64,000 nucleotides of DNA. Origin: an uncultured bacterium. Its GTDB lineage: Bacteria > Patescibacteriota > Patescibacteriia > CAIQCM01. Positions 38,931-49,822 of the stretch are shown one piece after another (the first letter of the stretch is position 1; each line of letters opens with the position of its first letter). Under the pieces are notes generated by a model. The model saw nothing but the letters and a program-made list of their open reading frames with translations, was not told the origin of the DNA and did no database searches. A program made the position numbers and the translations under genes. The stretch spans positions 643,740-707,739 of the forward strand of contig OY970181.1 in assembly GCA_963708045.1 (NCBI GenBank). Reading direction: 5' to 3'.

Positions 38931-40932
38931 TCAAAACACGATTTCCTATTTGTTTTTTGCGGCAACGGCCTTGTCACTCGCGGCTGGAATTTTTGGTTTG
39001 TTTGGAAAAAATTCAAAAGCCTTTAATACCGTGGTTGGTGTTTTAAATATGGCGGGCGCGCTCGCGCTGGCTGTGTCCGCCGGCAGTTTTTTATTTTTGC
39101 AGGATCGCGGTTTGTTTGCGGTAGGGGACGCTCGCCTGATTGATCTTTCACACCTCGTGCCGTTTATTGGTTCGCGCGCTCTCTCTTTGGATATGCTCTC
39201 GGCCTATTTTCTTTTGCTTGTCGGCCTTGGTGTTTTTCTTGTTTCTTGGTTTGGAATATTTTATTTGCCGCGCTACAAAGAACAGTATCGTTTCCCTTGG
39301 CTTCACATTGCGACGGCGCTGTTTATTTTTGGAATGGAAATTACCGTTGTCGCCGGAACGCCGTTGGTTTTTCTTTTTGCTTGGGAAATAATGTCGTTTG
39401 CCGCGTATTTTTTGGTGATTGCCGACCGCAAAGCCGAATCGGTTAAAGCTGGTTTTTCTTATATCATTATGACCCAGCTTGGCGCCGCTTGTTTGCTTGC
39501 TGGTTTTGCGATTGTTTCGGGTGGTAATATGAACGCGCTGCTTTCTGGTTTGCAATTAGCGCCGGGCGCGGCGGCGGTTGCCGGCTTGGTTTTGCTGATC
39601 ATTGGTTTTGCCGCCAAGGCCGGTATTTTCCCGTTTCACGAATGGCTTCCACTCGCGCATCCGCAAGCGCCGTCGTCAGCTTCGGCACTTATGAGCGGCG
39701 TGATGCTTAAGGTGGCGCTTTACGGACTTTTGCGAACACTCCAAACGATCGCCCATTTTTCTCTACCTCTCTCTGTGGTTCTCATCATTATCGGCTTTGC
39801 GCTTTTTACTGCGTTTTACGGCGCACTGATGGCGGCGGTGGAAACCGACCTTAAACGAACTTTGGCTTGGAGTTCGGTTGAAAATATGGGGTTAATGTTT
39901 GCGATGGCTGGCACGGTTACTTTTTTGGTGCAACTTGGCGCGATGGATGCCGCGGGCGCCGTTTGGATCGCGCTTTTTGTTTTTGCCTTTTGCCATATGC
40001 TTTTTAAGTCGGGTTTGTTTATGGCCGCGGGCGCGCTTATTTCGGAAACACATACGCGTGACCTTGATCTAATGGGTGGACTGGCGAAAAAGTGGCCGGT
40101 TTTCTCGGGTTGGTTTTTATTGCTCGCGCTTTCGGCCGCCGCCTTGCCGCCGGCGGGAACGTTTTATGCGGAATGGATTTTCTTAACGACGGCGGGCGCG
40201 GTTGCGAGCGCTGGCGCGGTTGTCGGATTTATTTTTGTAATCATAATTTCTATTTTTGCTTTGGCCGCTGGTTTAGCTGCGTTTGCAATGATTAAAGTTT
40301 TTGCCGCCGCGTTTCTTGCAAAGCCGCGGAGTGAACATTCGGAACACGCCAAAAGAATGCCAAAAGCGCTTTATGCGCCAGCGGCCGTCGCCGCCGCTTT
40401 GTGCGTTGGCCTTGGTTTGGCACTTCCATATTTTTTGCGCGGCTTATGGCCAAGCGCGGAACGCGTGGTATTTTCTAACGCTTCGCTTATCGCTAGTGGC
40501 GCAAAACTTTCGCCCTTGTTTGTTGCCGCGGCCTTTGTCTTTGTCGCACTTGGCGTTTGGCTGATTCGTTTAGCTTTTAACCGACGCAAGATTCGCATTA
40601 CGGATACCTGGGACTGCGGCGCGCCGCTAACAGCTCGTATGGAATACACGGCAACGGCTTTTTCCGCGCCGCCGCGTTTCTTTTTCCGCGCCTTTACTTT
40701 GCCTTGGAAAAAAATGTCCGTCACGCCAGTTACATTGGGAAACAAATGGATCGCGCAAAAAAAATTGGAGCACGGCACAAAAATGCTCGCCGAGCGCTTT
40801 CTTTATCAACCGGTCGCAATGACGCTTGACCGTCTTTCGGGCGGCGTAAAACTGATGCAAAATGGTGTGGTTCAGTTTTATCTGGCGCTTATCTTTGTTG
40901 CTTTGGTCGTAACGCTTATTGTTGCCCTATGA
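38923..40932 (+). CDS. hyfB: HyfB/HycC-like antiporter-type membrane subunit
   Basis: FAWEIMS, AKAGIFPFHEWLPLAHP, MLKVALYG, AWSSVEN, TWDCG. Confidence 0.88.
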   Translation: MFNQNTISYLFFAATALSLAAGIFGLFGKNSKAFNTVVGVLNMAGALALAVSAGSFLFLQDRGLFAVGDARLIDLSHLVPFIGSRALSLDMLSAYFLLLVGLGVFLVSWFGIFYLPRYKEQYRFPWLHIATALFIFGMEITVVAGTPLVFLFAWEIMSFAAYFLVIADRKAESVKAGFSYIIMTQLGAACLLAGFAIVSGGNMNALLSGLQLAPGAAAVAGLVLLIIGFAAKAGIFPFHEWLPLAHPQAPSSASALMSGVMLKVALYGLLRTLQTIAHFSLPLSVVLIIIGFALFTAFYGALMAAVETDLKRTLAWSSVENMGLMFAMAGTVTFLVQLGAMDAAGAVWIALFVFAFCHMLFKSGLFMAAGALISETHTRDLDLMGGLAKKWPVFSGWFLLLALSAAALPPAGTFYAEWIFLTTAGAVASAGAVVGFIFVIIISIFALAAGLAAFAMIKVFAAAFLAKPRSEHSEHAKRMPKALYAPAAVAAALCVGLGLALPYFLRGLWPSAERVVFSNASLIASGAKLSPLFVAAAFVFVALGVWLIRLAFNRRKIRITDTWDCGAPLTARMEYTATAFSAPPRFFFRAFTLPWKKMSVTPVTLGNKWIAQKKLEHGTKMLAERFLYQPVAMTLDRLSGGVKLMQNGVVQFYLALIFVALVVTLIVAL

Positions 40933-41852
40933 ACACGGTAAATTTAATTATCAGCACAGTTATTATTATTCTTCTCGCGCCGCTTTTTACCGGCTTGATT
41001 CGGAAATTTAAAGCGTTTTTTGGTAATCGCCGCGGCGCGCCCTTGCTTCAGCCATATCGTTCGCTGGCCACGCTTACAAAAAAAGAAATGACGATATCTG
41101 AACACGCAAGCTGGGTGTTTCACGGCGTACCGTTTGTTGTTTTGGGTTGTGCAATTTTTGTGGCCGTGATTGTTCCGACGTTTTTTGCGAGCGGTGTCAC
41201 AATTGGCAATTTATTTTTACTCTCCGCGGTTTTGATGATCGGCGCTTGTGCTTTAGTTTTGGGTGGAATGGACACAGCCTCGGCTTTTGGCGGAATGGGT
41301 GCTAGCCGCGAAATGACCATTGCCGCGCTGACCGAGCCAGTGCTTGTTCTTGCGCTGGTTGCGCTTGGTGCGACGACTGGTTCGTGGACTGCGGGTGGAG
41401 TGCTACAGGAAATGGCTTTGGCGCCGTGGTGGCTGGTGCATCCGTTTATGGTGCTCGTCTTTGGCGCTTTGGCGATGATTGTTTTGGCCGAAGGCGCGCG
41501 CTATCCGGTTGATAACCCGACCACCCACCTTGAACTCACAATGGTTCACGAAGCAATGGTGCTTGAATATTCTGGTCCGTATTTGGCGATGCTTGAATAT
41601 GCGGCGGCTTTAAAATATGCCGTGCTCGCCGTTTTCTTCGTTAACTTAGTCGTGCCTTATAGTGTTTGGGGCGCGGGCGCGACGCTTACTGCTGGCATTA
41701 TCGGTTTTGCTGTTAAGTTTATTTTGGCCGCGTTCCTTACAGCGTTTCTTGAATCAATGGTTGCCAAAATGCGCTTCTACCGCTTGCAAGAATATTTTAC
41801 GGCTGCTTACTTGCTCGTATTTTTTGGTTTTTTACTTTCCTTGATGTTCTAA
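40929..41852 (+). CDS. hyfC: HyfC/HycD (NuoH-like) membrane subunit
   Basis: RRGAPLLQPY, GGMGASRE, PVDNPTTHLELTMVHEAMVLEYSG. Confidence 0.9.
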   Translation: MNTVNLIISTVIIILLAPLFTGLIRKFKAFFGNRRGAPLLQPYRSLATLTKKEMTISEHASWVFHGVPFVVLGCAIFVAVIVPTFFASGVTIGNLFLLSAVLMIGACALVLGGMDTASAFGGMGASREMTIAALTEPVLVLALVALGATTGSWTAGGVLQEMALAPWWLVHPFMVLVFGALAMIVLAEGARYPVDNPTTHLELTMVHEAMVLEYSGPYLAMLEYAAALKYAVLAVFFVNLVVPYSVWGAGATLTAGIIGFAVKFILAAFLTAFLESMVAKMRFYRLQEYFTAAYLLVFFGFLLSLMF

Positions 41853-41856
41853 AGCT

Positions 41857-42513
41857 ATGACTGCTGACACTTATCGTTTATTGGTTGATATCCTCGCAGG
41901 TGTGATGCTTGTTTCTGGAGTTTTTATGCTTGGTCGCGTTCGCGTCCGCTCGCTTTTGCGTTTCTTTGCCGTGCAATCGTTCGCGCTCGCGCTTGTCGCC
42001 GCGGCAAGTGCGATCTTTGAAGGGCGTTGGCACCTAATGGCGACAGCGATTCTTGTTTTTGCTATAAAAACAATTTTTTTGCCGCTGTTTATGGTCTCGG
42101 TTATGGCCAAAGGGCGCATTTACGAACGGCTGGTTTTTGCAATGCGTCCGGCACTGTCAATGTTTGTCGGCGCGATAATGGCAGTGCTTGGTTTTTATCT
42201 GACGGCTTCGCTTATTCCCGAACTTGGCGATAATTTTTTCGTGGTTGCAGTTTCGGTTTCCATTGCCCTTGTTGGTCTCCTAATGCTTATGACGCGCAAA
42301 GGACTCTACGGCCAAATCGTCGGCTTCCTAATTTTAGAGAACGGGATTTTTACTTTGGGGATGGCGCTTACCGGAGGGATGCCGCTCATTGTTGAGGTTG
42401 GAATATTTTTTGACGTAACCGTTGGCGCGATTATTATGGCCTTGCTTTCATATCGCGTTCACAGCGAAAGCCGCCGCGCTGACACTGAGTATTTGGAAAC
42501 TCTTATTGACTAG
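41857..42513 (+). CDS. hyfE: HyfE-like membrane subunit
   Basis: AVQSF, QIVGFLILENGI, MPLIVEVGIFFD. Confidence 0.88.
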   Translation: MTADTYRLLVDILAGVMLVSGVFMLGRVRVRSLLRFFAVQSFALALVAAASAIFEGRWHLMATAILVFAIKTIFLPLFMVSVMAKGRIYERLVFAMRPALSMFVGAIMAVLGFYLTASLIPELGDNFFVVAVSVSIALVGLLMLMTRKGLYGQIVGFLILENGIFTLGMALTGGMPLIVEVGIFFDVTVGAIIMALLSYRVHSESRRADTEYLETLID

Positions 42514-42516
42514 CTT

Positions 42517-43977
42517 ATGTATATAATTTTTGCCGTCCTAGCCGCCGCCATCACCGCCCTTGTTTGTCTTTTTGCGCGGAATTATCGCGCGCTCACGATC
42601 TCGGCCGTTAGCGGATCGTTTGTTGTTTTTGCCTTCGCGCTCATTTCCATCGGCGCTTGGTTTGGTTTTATTCCGGGGAGTATGGCTTGGCTTAAGTTTG
42701 ACGGGTTTGGCGCGGTGATGTTGGCGCTCGTTGCCGTCGTGCAACTTTTTGCGACCATTTCAAGCGTTCCGTATTTGCGCGCGGAAATAGAAGAGGGGAC
42801 GGTTACTTTTTCGCAAGCGCGTTGGTATAACGCGCTAATTCCAGCCTTTGTCATTTCAATGATCCTCGCGGTTTCGGTTGATTCGCTTGGTCTTATGTGG
42901 ATTGCGATGGAAGGCACGACGCTTGCGACGACAATGCTTGTAGCTTTTTATACAAAAGAAGGTTCGCTTGAAGCGGCTTGGAAATATATTCTCGTTTGCT
43001 CGGCCGGCATTGCGATTGGTTTGATTGGCGTTCTCCTTATCTTCTATGCCGCTTTTTTGGGAAGCGGCAGCGAAACCGTTTCCATAACTTGGACAAGCCT
43101 TTTGGCGTCGGCGCACTTGTTGCCGCCGGCAGTTGTTAAATTGGCGTTCGTTTTTGCTTTCATCGGTTTTGGCACCAAAGTCGGAATGGTGCCAATGCAT
43201 ACTTGGCTTCCCGATGCCCATGGCAGGACGCCGTCGCCGGTTTCGGGAATGCTTTCGGCTGTGCTTTTGCCAATCGCGCTTTTGATTATTTATCGTGCCA
43301 AGGTGGTTGTTGATGCCGTTCTTGGCTCGGCTGACTGGAGCAATGGTTTCTTTATTTTCTTTGGCGCGCTTTCGGTTGCCGTGTCGGTTTGTTTTATGGT
43401 GAGGCAAAAAAACTACAAGCGCCTGCTCGCTTATTCCTCCATAGAACATATGGGCTTTGCGGTTTTTGCCTTAGGCTTTGGAAAGCTCGGTGTAATTTTT
43501 GCGATGATTCACATTATCGGCCATGCCCTAATTAAATCGGCACTCTTCTTTGGCACGGGTAATATTTTGATCGCCTATAAAAGCACCAAGTTTGACAAGG
43601 TGGCGATGGTTGCCAAATATTTGCCAAGACTCTCTGTACTTTTTGTCATTGCCTTGCTAATGCTTTTGGCCGTACCGCCGTCGCCGCTTTTCTTTTCCGA
43701 GCTGGGAATTTTTGCGCTGGGTTTTGGCACGCATCCGCTCGCTTCAGCCATCGTGCTCGCCGCTTCGGTTATCGCCGCTGGTTCGTTTTTTATGAATTTT
43801 ATTCCGATGTTTTTTCTTGGTCACGACGACGCCCGGCCGACGCATAAAGAAGTTGAACATTGGAACGCGACGCATACGGCGATTGCGGCCGGTTTGGTTT
43901 TAGCCGTGGCTTTTGGTGTGTCGCTTCTCGCTGGTTCTGGCCGCGAAATGCTTGCTCAAATTATTTCAATCATCTAG
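42517..43977 (+). CDS. hyfF: HyfF-like antiporter-type membrane subunit
   Basis: WIAMEGTTL, EAAWKY, GTKVGMVPMHTWLPDAH, KRLLAYSSIEHMG. Confidence 0.9.
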   Translation: MYIIFAVLAAAITALVCLFARNYRALTISAVSGSFVVFAFALISIGAWFGFIPGSMAWLKFDGFGAVMLALVAVVQLFATISSVPYLRAEIEEGTVTFSQARWYNALIPAFVISMILAVSVDSLGLMWIAMEGTTLATTMLVAFYTKEGSLEAAWKYILVCSAGIAIGLIGVLLIFYAAFLGSGSETVSITWTSLLASAHLLPPAVVKLAFVFAFIGFGTKVGMVPMHTWLPDAHGRTPSPVSGMLSAVLLPIALLIIYRAKVVVDAVLGSADWSNGFFIFFGALSVAVSVCFMVRQKNYKRLLAYSSIEHMGFAVFALGFGKLGVIFAMIHIIGHALIKSALFFGTGNILIAYKSTKFDKVAMVAKYLPRLSVLFVIALLMLLAVPPSPLFFSELGIFALGFGTHPLASAIVLAASVIAAGSFFMNFIPMFFLGHDDARPTHKEVEHWNATHTAIAAGLVLAVAFGVSLLAGSGREMLAQIISII

Positions 43978-43982
43978 ACATT

Positions 43983-45542
43983 ATGGAAATAAAAGATATT
44001 GTCGCCGAACTTAAACTTGTCGCGCCGGAAAAGAAAACCGAATCCGAGCCGGTTTTTGACGTTGCTCGCGAAAACATTGCCGTGCTTGCCGACAAGCTTG
44101 TAAATAGTCTTGGCTTGTCGCTCGCGCAAATGTTTGCCGTGGAAGAAAAACGCGGCGTTTCGTTTTCGCTTTATGTGGTTTTTCGCACGAACGGAGCAGT
44201 GCCGTATTTTTCTTTGCGCACCGCGATACTAGCAAACGATCCGCACTACCCGTCGCTTACGGCGCACGTTATGGCGGCACATTGGTATGAACGCCTAATT
44301 CAAGATATGTTCGGCTTGGTTGCCGACGGTCATCCTGATTCGCGGCGCTTAGTTCATCACGAAAATATTCCCGCGGCCACACATCCGCTCCGAAAAGATT
44401 TTTCGTGGAACGAAAAGCTCGCGCACGCGAGCGAACCGTACCCAATGCATCGCGTGGAAGGCAAGGGGATTTATGAAATTCCCGTTGGCCCAATTCACGC
44501 CGGCATTATTGAACCGGGACATTTTCGTTTTAATGTCATTGGCGAACGGGTTATAACACTGGAGGGAAAATTATTTTTCAAACACAAAGGCGTGGAAAAA
44601 ATTTTGGAGGGCAAAACGCCGACCGAAGCCCTGCCGTTTGTTGAACGCGTTTCTGGCGATATGGCCGTGGGTCACACTTTGGCTTTTTGCCAAGCCGTAG
44701 AAACTATCGCCGGGACGAAAGTTTCAGGGCGGGCAAAGTATTTGCGCGTCGTCCTTTCCGAGTTTGAACGCGTCATAATGCACTTGCACGATATTTCCAA
44801 CATCGGCGGCAACGGCACGGCGCTTTCGTTTATGTTTGCCCAAGGCTCAAGATTAGTTGAACGCGAACGTCGTCTTGCGGAAAAACTTTTTGGCCATCGC
44901 TTTTTGCGCGGCAACATTATTCCAGGCGGTGTTACGCACGACCTAGACGCCACCCAAGCCAACGAATTAACGGTTGAGTTGGAATATATCAGAAAAGAAA
45001 TTGACGCCCTAGAAAAAATCGCTCGCAATTCGGACAGTTTTATGGAGCGACTTGAAACCACTGGCATCCTTAAACAAGACGCCGCGATCGCTTATGGCGC
45101 AGTTGGACTTCCGGCACGAGCCTCCGGCCTTACCTGGGACGTCCGCCTTGGCGCGCCGTATGCCGCCTACAACAAATTAAGCCCAATCATTAAAGTGGAA
45201 CAGTCCGGCGACGTTTACGCCAGATTTATTATGCGCTTCCGCGAAATTCGCGAAGCCATTCGTTTAATTAAAGAAGCGCTTGCAACTATGCCTACTGGCT
45301 CACTTGCTACTAGCTTTGTGCCACAAGCTGGCAGCGCGCTTGGATATGCCGAAAGCTGGCGCGGCGAAATATTAGACTGGGTCAAACTAGACAAAGACGG
45401 CCGCATTGACCGCTGCGTTATCCGCGACCCAAGCTTCTGCAACTGGTCCCTCTTCAGCGAACTAACCCCCGGCAACATCGTCCCCGACTTCCCAATCTGC
45501 AACAAAAGTCTGAACTTGTCGTATTCGGGGAATGATTTGTAG
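43983..45542 (+). CDS. Ehr large subunit (HycE/NuoCD-like) without Ni-binding CxxC motifs
   Basis: WYER..DMFG, GPIHAGIIEPGHFRF, ERVSGD in place of RxCGxC, C-terminal DFPICNKSLNLSYSGNDL. Confidence 0.9.
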   Translation: MEIKDIVAELKLVAPEKKTESEPVFDVARENIAVLADKLVNSLGLSLAQMFAVEEKRGVSFSLYVVFRTNGAVPYFSLRTAILANDPHYPSLTAHVMAAHWYERLIQDMFGLVADGHPDSRRLVHHENIPAATHPLRKDFSWNEKLAHASEPYPMHRVEGKGIYEIPVGPIHAGIIEPGHFRFNVIGERVITLEGKLFFKHKGVEKILEGKTPTEALPFVERVSGDMAVGHTLAFCQAVETIAGTKVSGRAKYLRVVLSEFERVIMHLHDISNIGGNGTALSFMFAQGSRLVERERRLAEKLFGHRFLRGNIIPGGVTHDLDATQANELTVELEYIRKEIDALEKIARNSDSFMERLETTGILKQDAAIAYGAVGLPARASGLTWDVRLGAPYAAYNKLSPIIKVEQSGDVYARFIMRFREIREAIRLIKEALATMPTGSLATSFVPQAGSALGYAESWRGEILDWVKLDKDGRIDRCVIRDPSFCNWSLFSELTPGNIVPDFPICNKSLNLSYSGNDL

Positions 45543-45657
45543 TCAAACAAAACAAATTTACATCGTTTTGTGGTGTTAGGTGTATTCTATAAACACCAAC
45601 TGAAACACGGCCTTGATTAAAGGTCGTGTTTTTGTATATGCTAGGTCATATTTGATT

Positions 45658-46038
45658 ATGTCTCACCCTACCGTAGGAATAATTTGTTCAACCATATCGG
45701 ATTTTTCAGTAAAAACACCAGGAGAGACAATCTCGTTCATTTTTAAATATGGGCATTATCCGTGGCGATACATTATTATTGTAATATTAGTAATATTTGT
45801 TTTTTGGGAGTTTAGTACAAGATGGCAGGGGAGAAAATCAGTAAATGGTTTTTCACGAAAATTTAATGTACTGGTAGGAAGTGTAGTTTATATGTTGAAT
45901 CTTTGGCTAGTTGGATATTTAATTAGTTTATTTATAGGCGATTCGGCGGCCTGTATTCCTGAATCCGTCGGATCGTATTTCGTTGCGTTCTTTTTAACCA
46001 AGAAAGAGTTAAGAATAATAGGATTCTGGGTTTATTAA
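45658..46038 (+). CDS. Hypothetical membrane protein
   Basis: AT-rich ORF with ~3 TM segments; start uncertain. Confidence 0.55.
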   Translation: MSHPTVGIICSTISDFSVKTPGETISFIFKYGHYPWRYIIIVILVIFVFWEFSTRWQGRKSVNGFSRKFNVLVGSVVYMLNLWLVGYLISLFIGDSAACIPESVGSYFVAFFLTKKELRIIGFWVY

Positions 46039-46181
46039 GGAAGATATGTATCTGGGACAGAACTGTGTCATCCTATGTTAATAGAAAAAGGCATTATAGG
46101 GGAGGAGTTGTAATTGATGGTTTAAACGACTACGCTATCAGTGTAACCACTACCGATTTAGAGTCTATATAATTAACCGCA

Positions 46182-49100
46182 ATGAAATCAGAAAAGTCAT
46201 CAAAATTAATTGAACAAATAAATCGTAGAGTGGGGGTAGTCAACCTCTTAGCTCTCTTTAAGGCCGTGATCGTGGGAATATTATCGGCCGAGGCTTTTTA
46301 TGTTGCGAAAGTCATCGCCAATCTGCTAGAAGAAACTATAAAAAGGGCAAATTTTGAAAATTGGGCAATTGCAATCAGTGTTTTATGTCTCGTAATCGTT
46401 GGTATTTATGTGTTTGTGAGGGGACTATTTTTTGACATTTGGAAGATACTGAAAAGTTTACGGTTCGATATATACGTTTCTTTTTTATTGGGAATTTCAA
46501 TCAGCATATCATTCAATGGTATTGGAACAAATTTATATAAAACAATTCTTTCGTACTTAAATATAAGTCAGGTTTTGGTTCTCATCCTTACTCCTATTAT
46601 CGTTGGTTTGCTAATATTAATCCGCGCTGTTTTGGAAGAATTACTCGGCGGGAAAAAAGAAGATCCGTTTTTTATTCCTGACAAGGAAGAAAGATATAAA
46701 AACAACGATCTTCTTGATTATGCCAACCAAGCGACTCTTTTTGCTGAAAGAATATATAATAACGGGTCTGAGAATAGTTTAGTTTTTGGAATCGATGCGC
46801 CGTGGGGTGTTGGTAAATCAACCTTTATAAATTTTTGCATAGAATCATTTGAGGAGAAGAAATACAAAGACCGAGTTGTAGTTTATAGATTTAACCCATT
46901 GAGATACGAGGATCGGACAAATCTACTCGAAAAATTTATTGATGGATTAATAACGACTATTCAAAAAAATACATTTGCACCAGAAATTAGACCATTGATT
47001 TCGCATTACTCACGGATTATTAAGTCTAAGGTTTCGGCACCTATTTCATTTTTTGGTATCGGAATAAAATTATCTCCTGGAACCTACACGGTTGATGACG
47101 CTTTTAATGATTTAGAGTCAGCTTTAAAAAACCTTAAGAAAAAAATTGTTATAATTGTTGACGATTTGGATCGTCTTGAGCTTTCGGCAATAAAAGATGT
47201 TCTTTTTACTCTAAAAACGAGTTTTAATTTACCGAATGTGTCCTATGTTATTTGTTATGACACAGAAAATATTGCAACTTTAAACTATGGTAGCCCGGAC
47301 GATGATAAATTAATGGAGTTTTTTGAAAAATTTGTAAATGTCAAGGTAAGTCTCTTTATTGATAATAAGATACTCGAAAAATATGTTACAGATAATTTTA
47401 ATATTGCCCTACAAAATAATCTTGGAACAAATCCCATAACGCGTGAAAAAATACGAGAAGCCATTTGTGAGTTGGTAAATATATACAAATCGCAAGAAGC
47501 TCATTTGTACCAGTCATTTATTGGTGACATTAGAAAATTGAAAAGACTCATTAATACGATAATGCTTTTAAAAATCGAAGAGACTGATTTTGGAAATAGC
47601 GATTTTGACAAAAGTGATTTGGTTCATCTTTTATTGATATACATAAATTACCCGAATATTTTTCGAAAAATATATAATACTGAAACAGGCGGCAAGAGAA
47701 GATTCTTTTCGGTCGTCGCCCCACATGAGGATGGTTTTATTGGAATACCCGGCCAGCGTTCAGAGGATGGGCAATATGAAAATTCCACATACTATAAGGA
47801 ATACTTAAAGAGCCTAAATGATAATCAACGCTTTCTTTTAAATAAAATCTTTGATGTTACTAAACGATTGCCTGATACTCGTCGGATTGATTCGGTATCG
47901 CCAACGATAAAAAAATCTTATGCATGTTTTAATGGCGGTTGGGGTGCGGGGAAAAACCTTGAAGAATACCTTCATCTCATTGTTAAATTAGTGAAACCAC
48001 AAAAAAGAGGTCAGTATAAATTTTATTTGAATGCACGGGATAAGGTGAAAGGCGGAACAAGCCCCGAGGCCATTTTTAAATCAGAGAAAGATTTTAGTTT
48101 TTCTGAAAGCGAGAACAGTCATCTTCAATTCTGGAACATAATAATGGATACCGCCAACGATCTCTGAACTCAAAAACGGCGTCTGTGCTAATTGATTATC
48201 TACTTAACCACATTACAGATTATTCATTATTTAAAAACGCCGAATTGGGGGTTGGGTTGAGACATGAATTAAACTTATATCTTGTAAAATTACTTAATGA
48301 TGCTGGTTGGTCAGATCAGAATGGGGAGCATTACAATAATATTGGTAATAATTTATCAGAAATTGCTGATTGGATATTCGGTGAAAATCAACATCTTGGT
48401 AGCGGTGTACTCAATTTGTTGAGCAAGGAAGATCGTGGCGTTTTTGGACTTTACGACCTTCTCGCGTTTCGATTGTTTTGTAGTGCCGATAGGAATGGTG
48501 GGGTATATCACATTCAAGAGGCGTTATCTAAACACGGGAATCCCGACGCGATAACAAGTGGTTCGGTAAATGATATCGCGATTGGCGAGATGCGTGAGAT
48601 ATCACAAAGGGTGTTTAAAATTTTTAAAAGTCAGTATATCGAAAAAGAAGATAAATATTTTTGATGTGATTGATAAAATTACATTGGAAGATATTTCGGG
48701 TAAGTACTTAGATTATATTAATAGTAATATCTCTTCCGGAAAGGTTAAAAATGTAAACGAAACGGTCTCCGGATTAAAATCAAATCTTAAATCATTCATA
48801 ATTTATCAACTTGGAAATTCATTGATAAGCCTCGGGGTCGGTTGCGGTTATTATGACCCAACTGGAAATGAAGATAAAAAGGGTATCAAATTACAAATCA
48901 ATGATTATATTTTTGGGATTTGTTTCGAACCGTCAGATGATGATAAATATGAACATTTCTTAGACTACTTGTTAATAAATTTATCTCACAACTCTCCATT
49001 AGATCCGAGAAGTGTATTCTCTCCAAATGTAAATGAATTTACTAAAGTTCTCGAAAAAAGAAAAACTTATTAACTACTGGGAAAAACACGGCGCAAAAAT

Positions 49101-49227
49101 TAAAGAACTCAATTTCCCGGCTAAAGAAAAAACTATATTCACCCCGAACTATTCGGCTACATATAAGGAAGATTTATCAAATGTTTATAAAGTTCTTGAT
49201 GATTTAATTAACGAACAAATTAAATAA
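46182..49227 (+). pseudogene. KAP-family P-loop NTPase with N-terminal TMs, split by three frameshifts (~1013 aa if repaired)
   Basis: Walker A DAPWGVGKST, FNP, IIVDDLDR, EKFVN, DIRKLKRLIN; ORFs at 46182, 48185, 48570 and 49033 join on removing +2 (TCTCT 48161), +1 (A5 48642) and +1 (A6 49054). Confidence 0.8.
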
Positions 49228-49252
49228 CTGTGACAGGATCGTTTGTTAATGT

Positions 49253-49822
49253 ATGTTAAATTCACAACGTGTTTATTGGGAAAATTACAAAAAAGAAATC
49301 ATAGATTCCGTGAACGTTTTGATTGAAAAAGGGCATTATAACGCCGCCGCTAAATTAATTTTATTAGGCATAGATAGTGTGGCTGGATTTTACATGGGCA
49401 GAGTGGAAAATGGATTTATAACAAAATCATTCAGTGGGTTTGTAGAAAAATATATGTGGAAATTTAATGACGTTAATTTCCCGACAAAAGGGGTTGTGTT
49501 GATTAATCGTAAGACTGGATATAGGTTCAATAAACCAAGCGAGGTACTTTACCATGTAATTCGTAATGGCTTTATTCATGATGGATTTGTAGGAATCGGT
49601 ATTGAAATATATAAAGATTTAGATTCAAGGGTATTATGGAGCGGTTCGGGTTTTAATATTTTCAGGCTAAACATTGTAGGATTTTTTGAGTACTTTAAAA
49701 TATCTCTCGTAAATTACGAGAATGATTTGAATACAGATACTGTTTTGATGCAAAAATTCGTTAATAAATATAATGATATAAACTTTTTTTCTTTTGGTTC
49801 TTTAAAAACGAAGAAGGCGTGA
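49253..49822 (+). CDS. HEPN-like hypothetical protein
   Basis: Helical protein with LILLGIDSVA and Rx4H motif LYHVIRNGFIHDG. Confidence 0.6.
   Translation: MLNSQRVYWENYKKEIIDSVNVLIEKGHYNAAAKLILLGIDSVAGFYMGRVENGFITKSFSGFVEKYMWKFNDVNFPTKGVVLINRKTGYRFNKPSEVLYHVIRNGFIHDGFVGIGIEIYKDLDSRVLWSGSGFNIFRLNIVGFFEYFKISLVNYENDLNTDTVLMQKFVNKYNDINFFSFGSLKTKKA

Noticed and set aside
43860-43982. N-terminal extension of the large subunit with three extra Cys
   Set aside because: Overlaps hyfF out of frame; ATG 43983 just after the hyfF stop is the more plausible start, so these Cys are unlikely ligands
38388-45542. Functional [NiFe]-hydrogenase or respiratory complex I
   Set aside because: No Ni-binding CxxC pairs, no Fe-S ligands, no NuoEFG/NuoI and no hyp genes in the window
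48165-48167. TGA readthrough (selenocysteine or code 25) in the KAP gene
   Set aside because: The continuation is in a different frame, and TGA acts as a normal stop elsewhere (e.g. 9571, 22412)
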